Shown piece after piece: positions 38,333-52,229 of a stretch of 64,000 nucleotides of DNA. Origin of the DNA: Zygnema circumcarinatum SAG 698-1b (Eukaryota > Plantae > Zygnematophyceae); NCBI GenBank assembly GCA_037447605.1, contig CM074806.1:1364001-1428000 (forward strand). The letters run 5' to 3'. The position numbers were made by a program, and so were the translations under genes. Under the pieces are notes generated by a model. It saw nothing but the letters and a program-made list of their open reading frames with translations. It was not told the origin of the DNA and made no database searches. Numbering within the stretch: position 1 is the first letter of the stretch; the number at the start of each line of letters is the position of its first letter.

Positions 38333-41300
38333 ATGGCGGGCTACTTCTTCTCCGCGGCTGGGAAGAAGGGGAAGCGAATGGGGTTTCCACACTTTGAGGT
38401 GAAGGCGGATGAGCGGGCGGAGTTTGACCTCGACGATGTGAAGGACGGGTGGAAATCGCTGAAGGACGAGTACTCTTACGAGATAAAGGAGATTGAGGGC
38501 AGCATTCCTGAAGGTAGGGTGGGAATGGATAGGCAGGCGAGGGAGAGGGAGAGGGAGAGCGGGAAGGGGGATGCGAAAGACAACGGGAAGTATGCAAATA
38601 TAGTATGCGAAATATAGTATGCGAATGCAGGGAGGACAAGAGGGATTAATGAGGGAGAGAGAGCGAAGGATTGCGGGAAAGGGGCTAGCGAATAGTTGGA
38701 AATGATCCTTCGGAGTGAGCAGGAGGCCAGAACATAAAAATGGAACTTTTAGCGAGAATGCACATTTTCCTGCACGCAAACCACTTTTCAGGCCTGCCAA
38801 TTTTTTGATAAACTGAAGAATTTTTTTTTCGCTCCGTGGTCCCTCCGAGGTTGCCTTGCAAAATGTGTGTTCCAGCACTGTGTTCCCTTCAATCCCCAAA
38901 GTAAGAGAGAATGCGACTGAAGTTCATGTACGGAGGGAAGAGGGGCGCAGGGCTGAGAGGGACCCTCTATCGCAACGGACCGGGCATGATGGACGTGTTC
39001 GGGCAGCAAATCGCCAATCCTATCGACGGCGACGGCATGATATGCGCCGTCGGCTTTGCAGGGGGCCGCGCCTTCTTCCGCAACCGCTACGTCCGCACGG
39101 CGGGCTTTGTGGACGAGCAGGCGGCGAAGCGAGTCATGCATCGCGGAGTGTTTGGCACAAAGCGGAGCAGCGCAGTAGCGCCGAGTTGGATGCTGCATGT
39201 GCTCGACATGAAGTTCAAGAACACCGCCAATGTGAGGAGGGGGAGGAGGAGGAGGAGTCGCAGGGTCGAGAGAGTGGGGAGAAGGGGTAGATGGGAGTGT
39301 GCTACGGCAGGACTGTTATGAGGGAGGTGACTTTTGGCTTTCAGAGTTTCTGAATGGTTGGTTGGTTGATGTACTGCACAAATTGCGTGCCGAAAATCGG
39401 TGTACATTGCACAAGAAACGTGTTTTTAGGCATATGCCCTTTACTTCGTACGTGGTTTGCGTGGCCATCTGTGACAAGTTTGCGTTAGGCCGGATTGTAT
39501 GGTGGGGCAGACCTGCGTGGTTTACTATGAGGGCAAGCTGCTCGCCCTGTGGGAGGGAGGCCTCCCGCACGCTCTGAACCCCGCCACTCTGGACACTCTG
39601 GGAGAGGAAGACTTTGGAGTGCTCGACAAGAAGCGGCCATTCGCAGCGCATACTCGTATAGATCCCGTCACGGGCCACTTTGTTGGCATTTGTCCTTTCG
39701 CAATGGTGAGAGTGGGTCGGAATGGTCACCTTGAAACTCCGCTCTTATTCTTCCTTTACTTCTCTGGGGATCGAGGTGAAGGTTGATGGACGGGATGAAT
39801 GATGGGATAAGGATGGTGGAGGGAGGGTGGTGTAGGGCCCAAAAACTGAATTGACAGTTTATGAGTGGACTGAGAAGTGGCAATTGGTTAGCGAGCGCAC
39901 ATGGCAGCTGCCGGATTATGCGTACTTTCATGACTTCGCCATTACCCCACACTACTACGTCTTCTTCCAGGTAAAATTCGCATGCTTAACTAGAGTTGAT
40001 CGTGTCTAGCCTTCCTTTGAGGTCGATGTGCTGCTAACTGTTTGCAAAGGGCGTGTGGGATGCAATAGAACTCGGAGAGTCAAGGGAAGGAAAAGATCCT
40101 TTATGTTCTGAGCTGGTTGATGGGATTTGGCTCACCTGGAGAAGATTGGCATTTCGACCCTTCTGCTCCCGCGAGAGTGTGGCTAATGCCGCGACCCTCC
40201 CTTGGGGAAGATGTCTCCGGAGTTGTCCCTCCTTCAGCGCAGGGGTTTGAACTCGAGCCGTCGGTTGCTTGGCACTTGAACAACGCATTTGAGGGGGAGG
40301 AGGAGGAGGAGGGAGGTATGGGACCTCACAGTCGCTTTTTTTGTTGGTTTTCTTTCAGGGCAGAGCAGTCTTGACCGACACTATTGTGTTGAGCAGATGG
40401 GTCGTCTGTTATATACTTAAGAGGACGTGTGGTTAGTTGAAATGTTGTTTCTGTTCTGTTCGTTCAAACTCACTGTTAGTGGTTTGTTTTTTGCTGTGTG
40501 TAGGTGCGGGTACCTCTCGCAGTGTATTTCTGGATTGTATTCGCCATCCACACACATCTTTTTCGTGGACAATCGAGCAAGCGAATTCTATTGGTGGTTG
40601 CGCACAGTTCACACGCATTAAGGTGGTAGCGGATGGAGAGCAAGCAGCCAACGGTGCCATCATAGCCAATGGAACTAATTCACTTGGAAGCGCTCAAAAT
40701 GGTCATCATGAAACGAACGGTGGCATCTCGAATTCTGGCACGGAACTAAAGAAGGTGGCTCCCGTCACTAAGGCTCACATGGGTAAAGCAGCTGTCGTGA
40801 AGAAGGTAGAGAAGGTTATGACCGTGGAAAAAAGGTCCGCGGAATTGGCAGTGCTGCATCCTGACTATACAGGAAGGAAATACCGCTACGCTTACATGGT
40901 AGCTGCCAAGGAGTTGGACCACAACGCTCCGTTCCAGGTGAGGAAACTCGATTACTTCAGAGGGCGGCTCTTTGGATGGTTAAGTCCCAAAAGCAGTAAA
41001 GAGACATTCTGCTGCATGCCAAATTGATTCCGTGGAAGCCCCTTGACTTGGTCTGACAAATCTGCGGTGCGGATGGGCAGTGCATTGTGAAATACGATAT
41101 GGGAGAGCAGCCGGAATCTTCGCCTTCGCTCGCCTGGAAATGGTTCGCTGGCACAAGGTGCTTTGTGGGAGAGCCCATCTTTACTCCTGCAGCAGCAGCA
41201 GGGGGGGGTGGTGGTGCGGAGGAGGAGGACGAGGGGTGGGTCCTGACGCTTGTGTTCGACGCGGAGAGGAGCAAGACGGACGTGGTCGTTTTGGACGCGA

Positions 41301-41401
41301 AGAGGGGGACGCTGCTCTGCAGGCTGCGGCTCACCCACCATGTACCGTACGGATTCCATGGCAGCTTCTGCCCGGAGGTTGTTCCGCCTGAGCTCTCATA
41401 G
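38333..41401 (+). CDS. Carotenoid cleavage oxygenase (RPE65/CCO family, cyanobacterial ACO-like), 7 exons: 38333-38513, 38951-39231, 39511-39705, 39836-39970, 40069-40315, 40504-40937, 41081-41401
   Basis: IEGSIPEGLRGTLYRNGPG, DGDGMI, KFKNTANTCVV, LLALWEGGLP, four Fe-ligand His motifs (AAHTRIDP, YFHDFAIT, AWHLNNAFE, VPYGFHGSF), GEPIF, EDEGWVL. Confidence 0.92.
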
Positions 41402-42290
41402 AGAGGGGGCTGAGGGGGAGGCCGCTGTGTCGGCAGGCCTGTGCTCGGAGGGAGGGAGGGAGGGAGGGAGGGAGGGAGGGAGGGAGGCGGCGCTGTGGCT
41501 GGTTTTGGATGGCAGGCATTCGCTTGGCTTTCCTTTTTCTTCCAGAGCCAGGAGAGCAAGAGAAGGAGAAGGACCACCTCAGCAAGTAAGGGTTTTTTGC
41601 GTAGTTTGTGTACATAGTGTAAGGGCGAGGGTTTTGGCGTTCTGAGCGGCGGGACATCGTAAACAGAGGGCAGAGTGCACTGAGCAGAGTGCGGCAAGCA
41701 CAAGTTTTTGGTCTAGTTTCGTCAAATTGTTGAACTTGTTAGAAAGGCAAAGTTCCATGAATGGATGGTATTTCGCCGGTGGTTTTGAAAATGAGCAACA
41801 GTGGGGTCGGAATTACCCTTGAAATAGCCATAGATGAGGATGTCACGAGACGTGTGAGCTCTCATTTTCCGTTTGCGTGATTCCTTTGAATGCAAACATG
41901 GCGCAATTGGAACTTGAAGAACAACGATTCAGTGGGAAATGGCTGATTCCTGAAACTATTCAACGGCAAAACGTTGCCCATATTGCTATTGTGCAGTTGT
42001 AAAGAAACAACAGCAAAGCAAGAGTTTCATCAGTATATTACAAAAAATTACCTAGTGGCACACGGTGTAATACAAGACATGAGAAGGAAATCATGGAGCG
42101 TTTGACATGACCATAAATAGAGTTCCTCTTTACACAATGGGCATAGACAATCCGACCTCCCGTGTTCAGATTTCTAAGGCCCTGCTGCGGTAACCTCCTC
42201 CACTCTGCACATTGCACAAGTGAACACGTTGCTACAGGATCGGCAGTGAGCAGAGCACCGGGTCCTGCCGCCAAAGCTGCTGCTCTTGAA

Positions 42291-45200
42291 TCAAACAATG
42301 GAAGTGGCTGCCTCCTGTTGCATTGCCCGACTTCTGCTCGGTGGGTCTTCTGTCACCAGAGCGCAGATGCCATAGCACGATAACGAACAGCTGCAGGGCA
42401 CACACTCAACAGGGTTATCATGCACGTCGGAAACATGCGACCGACATTCTGCTAATATTCTATTTCTGAAACCATCAAACGATAGGAACTCTGAAATGCA
42501 GGTTGCCAAACATGATGCTTGTCTGCAGCCTTGCGGGCGATGACGCACTTCCTTCTGTGTTCAAAGAATTTACCAAAACAACAATTGCATCTGACCAAAC
42601 AACAACGAACAGTGAAGTTGAAGGCTGCGGGCTCATGCAGGCAAGATGGAAAGGGCATTACTCCATGTCCTCCGGGTAGTCGAATATGCTATCATCCAGA
42701 CTTGACCGTTTGCTGAATGAATCGTGACGAAAAGTCATCTGCTCTGTATACTCCTGCACAGCGCAGAGAGAAAATAGACAGTAAATCATGTAACACAGTG
42801 GTCAAGCAACTGTTGTCATGCATGTGTAGGGAGTGTTTTCACTGAATTCCAGCTTAAGGACCAAAGGGACTAACAACGGAAGAGCCTGCAGGTCACGGTC
42901 TTCCTTATCTAAATTTTCATCCATTAAGACAGCTTCAATTACGTCCGACTGAGAGGGAAAACTGCCAAAACTGGATTCATTACGAGCGCCCCCCCCCACC
43001 CTTCAAGTCCCACAGAAAGCAGTTCTGCAATGCTCGCAGTCTCCTGCGCATTTAAGTTGAGGCCACTTGCATTACATCTTGAATAGAGCTCCTAAAGTAG
43101 TGCCCACCTACAGTGCTTAACTATCCAGCAAATTAGAAAACAACAGAGTCACCAAAACCTGTATCTACAGCATGATGACAGTTCTGTCAAAAACAACCAT
43201 TTACATTTCTGCCAGGCAACGTGCTAGGTTCAGTTAATACAAAGCAAAATTTTGGCAGAATTTTGGTTTCCCAATTTTTGTTTCCTTCTGTGACATGACT
43301 TGTAAGATCACTTCTCCACCTCTCGCCAAGAGAAGGTACAACGAGTGCTTCAAAATTACTAGCAAAACCTATTTTCCTAGGGTTTTTCTGTGAAGGTCCT
43401 AAACGGAGCCATATGCACATACCACTCTTCAGTAAAAGTTGACATGGTAAGGCACGTACAAGCCGAAAGTGAATGTTAGGAGGCTCTAACGCGGGCTAAA
43501 AGCGCATTAACATGCAGGGCGGATGTACCTGTACTCAAATCATTCACACTTCGCCTTTTGGAAACGAAAGACCAACTCACCATGTAAATCCGCATTGGCG
43601 TCTGGTCTAATGCATGCCAGTAAAAATTATTCTGAAGACCCGGCTTGTTCCTGAAACCCTTCTTCTCCCTTCTAACCCGACTAAGAACATATTCACAGAA
43701 GCCATTCTATCCATAACTTGCTTGATCATGAATAAAGAATGAACTGCATACGCCAGGGGCAGTCTCCACGAGGTGACAGCCAAAAATGAGGCATTATGCA
43801 ACATATCGTCGAACAGTAGAACAGAGAAAAGCATGCGGTCAAAGTTGTAGCATTTGATTCGCCAGAGACTTTCACCTTGTCCAACAGAGCATGAACATCG
43901 CCAAGTCAATCTGGCAAGTGCAAAATGGATTGAAGATGTGCTCACCACTTATTGCATGTGGTGCCATAAATGACATCCTGGCCAAGATAAGTTGCATTCG
44001 CCAGCCAATCCGGACGCAAAACACCACAACCACTCGGGCTACTGCAGCATTTGCAGCAATACTGAACCCAACCCTCACGCAAGCAGTTCACAAGGTCTCA
44101 GGGATACAGAAAATATGACAATGGCTGTATCCAACTCGCATGCAGACCTTGGTAGATGCTTATATATGCAGATGAGAAGCAGACAAAAACTAGCAGAAGA
44201 AGTAAGGATTGAGCAGAAAAGGGGACTGCACCTTAAACTCAGGGAAGATTAGGTATCGCATATTGTCCCGGACAAGCTGGGTACATGGGGTGTTACGAAA
44301 AGGATATGCACTTCTGCAAGACCAGAAGCCCCCACTTCAATCATCCCATGCCGGTCGTTACTCCAAAAAGCACATTGCTCAATGGGGCTCCTTTCACGAG
44401 CGCGCTGCTCAATCAAACTCGGGCATGCTGCTATCTTCTGACGCATTGAAAGGTAGAGCTCTAATTCGTACAGTCTGAAATAAAAGCAGACTCATGGATT
44501 ATAGGTATCAAGTCAAGAACAAGAATGTTGAATGGAGCCAAAGGACTGCTCTGCTTTCTCAGGCGTCGGGAGCCCACCCACAATAGCGATCGCCGACGCC
44601 ATTCTCACGGTCTACACGTGAACGATCATGTGCAGCATCGTAGTAGAATTGCCCGCTGGTTTTTTGAGTCCAAAATCCGAAGTATGTTTCCTAACAAATG
44701 GGAAAAGGCTCTGACCCGTTTAAGAACGTCATGGTCCTTTACGAGCACGGACCGTGGAAACCTGAAGATGATGGTTAAAAAACTCTAGTTTTGACATAAG
44801 CCATGATGCAAAGGTCAGTGGTGAAGTACTGGTCACTTCTATGCTCCTACACTTCAGTCTTTGAACAAGCTAGACATGGATGCGCACAAAAATGACAAGC
44901 AATAAAACTTCACATTCTGGCGACTTTGAAGGTCCTCATAAGCTCTCCGTGAAGGGCATACATCAGCGTTTGAGACATAAGAATTACAGACTCGATCTCC
45001 ATTTACCATCACCTCCACGAATAGAAAATATACATTCCAGAATCGATCCTACCCTCCCTCTAGGACACACAGGATCTTATAACACCTAGAACGGCAAGGA
45101 GCAACAGATCTCACCTCATCAAAATCCACCTGAAATACATTAGGCCATACGGGGGGTAGGGGAGTAATGTCGTTCGACACATCCAGTGTAGACGCTGCAC

Positions 45201-46309
45201 TTGCAGCTAGCATAAACACCAAAAAGAGGACAAGGGCAGCTTGACCCCTGCAGCATCATCAAACCGAGTAGAAATTGACTGAATAAGACACATATTCTCA
45301 GCTGTTACATGTTCCCGACAGTACTAAGTTTCACGCATTTTAGAAGAAATTCAATCAATTTCTCAAGTCATTAAGTCATACAATGGAACATAAGAAGTAA
45401 CATGTTTGAGTTCTGACGAGAGCAAGATATTATTCATGACAAACACCAAAAGGCGTAATGGAAAAGCGACTTACAATGGAGCCATTTTATGATTCATTCA
45501 TTTCAGTTAATCTCGCGACCCTCTCTTTCTTGATCAGACCCCATAATCTAATGCCGCTGTTCATTGATCACAACCCATATGGCTACAATTCTCACTCTAT
45601 TCCAGAATTGCTAACATATTGAGTATGCGTCCGTGCCAAAAACTTCTTACGATTTTTAGGGTTCAGTCAGCATTCACACAAATCGTAGACTCCCAACAAC
45701 TCTAGCGAACGCCCGGATACCAAACAATTGGCTCCTGCAGAGACCGAGAGGCCCCGTTTGCATGCGACAAACTCCTGTCGCAAAAACGTGTCCATTCAAT
45801 TAACTCATTCTACAATGGTGTAACAATTGTAGAGGGTTGGCGCTTATTCTCTGAATAACAACATATTCTTGGTATTCTCCTCCCTTCCCCTTTCCCCCGA
45901 TGAAAGGAGCCCAAGGAGCTCTGTGTTTTTTACTACCTGTTTTGTAATTTCCTCAGCAAACGCTTGGGATGACATGATTTACAAATCGATGTAAATGCAC
46001 CACTTTTGCAGGTGACCAGTGCCTATTTTTTAAGCATTCATATCAAAAGTTGTCGAATTTGCAAATGGGTGTTGTGTGCACTTCTCTCATCAAAGCTGAT
46101 AGGCAGACACGACCATTTAATTAAGACGCCAGCATTTCATATTTAAAAAAAACAGGCGCCTCAGAGAAAGAAATACACGGAACTTTGTTTCTGAGACTCG
46201 GCTTCATTCTTCAACTGCAGCGACGCGCATTGACAATCATGCTATGATATGACGAAATCACAAACTTCCCGGCGGTAAGCAGCCGTCGGGCGAGCAATTA
46301 CCTCGCCAT
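42291..46309 (-). CDS. Secreted Cys-rich ependymin-related (EPDR/At4g14100-like) protein, 237 aa, 8 exons: 46309-46302, 45247-45115, 44690-44578, 44313-44232, 44061-43946, 43650-43581, 42753-42662, 42390-42291
   Basis: All seven GT-AG junctions are in phase. Signal peptide, PVWPNVFQVDF, FYYD, DRYCG, TPCTQLV, RYLIFP, YCCKCC, GCGVLRPDWLANATYLG, CNKW, SIFDYP..C...C..IC. The gene is not visible in the ORF track. The family call is from recalled motifs. Confidence 0.82.
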
Positions 46310-47407
46310 CGCTGCTCCCCTCTGCGTGCAGGCAGCCAGCGTCCAGCGCCAAGGTACCCAAACCCTAATTTGACCCTCCGGGCCTCCGGGGTTCCTGCTT
46401 CGTTTTTCGTTTCTCATGCCAAGCAGATGTCAAGCGTTGACATTTGTTACTCCGCAATTGATATCAGAAAAAGTACGTTGTGAACGGCGACTACAACTAT
46501 ACGAACTGGAGTTTTTGTACTCGTTTTAAGTTATTCATTTGAAGGAAATTTCTCAACACGCCCTCGTAAACTCTTGATTTCGGTTGCGGTATCGAATTGG
46601 TTTGAGTCCTGCGAACTGAGCGGAGACTTGACTTGGTTTCGACGTAAAAACTTGGCAAAGGAAATCGGCAACCTGGTTTAATTCGTTTTTGTTTCTGTGA
46701 CACAAAAATAATATAATGTAAAGTAGAATAACTGATCGCGATGTGGCGATATTTGACTGGCTAAAATATTTACCGTATGCAATTGAACTTTTTCTAATTC
46801 AGGTCTTTTGGTCTTGGAAACCTTCAAATGTTCAACCTCAAAAGGGGCCCCAGAAAACCGCCTTTGTCGCAGCATCACACAGTGACGCACGCTCCGCGTC
46901 AGAAAGTTGCCAACCGTAACCTCAGCCTTTGAAATGGGAGAAAACCTGGTTTCTGTGCTGACGGCAGATGAGTGGCGCTGGAAGGGCAGGTTGCAGGGAG
47001 GAAGAAATCATTGCAGGTGGATGATGAGGAAGGAAGGTCTCGGCTCACCCTCACGGCGCTAGAACAGGCGGCCGAATCATGAGCATGGCTTCCAAGAAAG
47101 GGTCTTTCGGCGGCCGTATGCAGAGACATTCTTTCCCGTAGAATGCTTCTGATGACAACGGTATTGCTTTTCCTGCATCGCTTGCGAAAGGATTTGACGG
47201 AGCAGCTGTCGTTTTATGCTGCAGATCGGCTGCGGTTGAAGTTGTGGTGCACGTCATTGATCAGAATAAAAGCGACGTATTGGTTTTGAGGTGTTGCAGA
47301 TCAGTTGCAGGTGCGAAAGGCGACCAAGTGCATTTTCTGATGGTTGCATAAGGCTTTTGGTTGCAGGTGGACTTAAGAACTTTTTGACAGTGATAATCTA
47401 TTCCTAA

Positions 47408-51061
<3,654 letters not shown>

Positions 51062-51550
51062 CAATAGGCCAAGCTGCAGACTTTGCGGATAACTTAGAAA
51101 ATGATGAGAGGCACTCCTAGTTAGCAGGACATGTTTTACCTTGACTTCTTTTGTGGCTATTTGTCCCTGGCATTTTGTCATATAGCGTATTGCTCCTGTT
51201 ATGGGGCAGTTGTCGGCCATTTCCAACTTCTTACGGATGGCAGGCCGGAGAGTGTTTCGCTAGATCCTGAAGCGGCAGAGCACTCCACATGTGCTTTGCT
51301 TCTGGAGATTTAAAGAACAATTTAATGGGTGCACGAGATGTCATCTGTGGGTTGTCGACTGGTCCTACACGAGCATTGCAGTCATGACATGCTCTTCACT
51401 GCATCGAAGATGACGGCGATGGCCGACCTTCTGCAATCAAAGCATCCCACGACCGCTCGACCCAACAACTTTGCGCAGAAGGCTTGAGCTGTATCTGAAA
51501 GCCAACCATGTTGACGTAACACACCACAATTCATGGACTCATGGACGAAG

Positions 51551-51576
51551 AAAAGGAAGTGGCAGTGATCTCACGA
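51551..51576 (+). repeat. Dispersed ~95-bp repeat, copy F (5' fragment)
   Basis: aaaaggaagtggcagtgatctcacga matches the consensus 5' end. Confidence 0.55.
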
Positions 51577-52229
51577 ACGTAGGTTCTGCTCTTGTAACTC
51601 CACATGAAGCCTCAAACCCCATCCTCACCATCAAGTCACCAAGATGGTTCGCACAGTCCATGTCAGCCGCCACGGTGCCCAACAGTACGAAAAAGTCCGG
51701 CAGTCATGATGGCTGCCGGTCTCGATCCAACGGCGGATGCTGTGGGTCCCCCATACAGTATCCCCCCCCTAATTAGGAGCTCGCGACAGGACCCGCCGGG
51801 CGGCCATGCGCCTCCGTACAGAGAGAAACAGTACGGCTGCAGGCAGGACTCTAACAGAAAACCGCCCGCCTAATGTTGAGCGGACTTATATTTTAAAATT
51901 CCAAGATTTTCGCCCAATTTTGCCGAAAACATGGCAAAAATATTAGGGTGGCGTACTGTATGCACAAACGGTACGGTAGCGAGGTCAATGCCATCCATTT
52001 TCTTTGGGGATTGGGAATTTGGGCGACGATATGGTCTGGCCTCGGACTATCAGAGTCGAGAGCAGGACCCACTGAACCAATCACAATCCGCCACGTAAGC
52101 AATAATGTACACGTGGAAAGCAATGATTGGCTGTCGCTGAACGGGGTACCTTCAGTGGGGGTCGTGAAGGGAGACCGGCCAAGCTGCATCGCCTGGTGCG
52201 GTCCTGCGCTGCGAGGAGCTGCCGTAGCC

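Noticed and set aside
38058-38899. 193-aa and 268-aa minus-strand ORFs
   Set aside because: Antisense to CCO exon 1 and its purine-rich intron; low complexity.
182-41401. Bacterial-type genes (recA, ACO-like oxygenase) as contamination or recent HGT
   Set aside because: Both have many spliceosomal introns and eukaryotic neighbours; endosymbiotic or ancient origin is sufficient.
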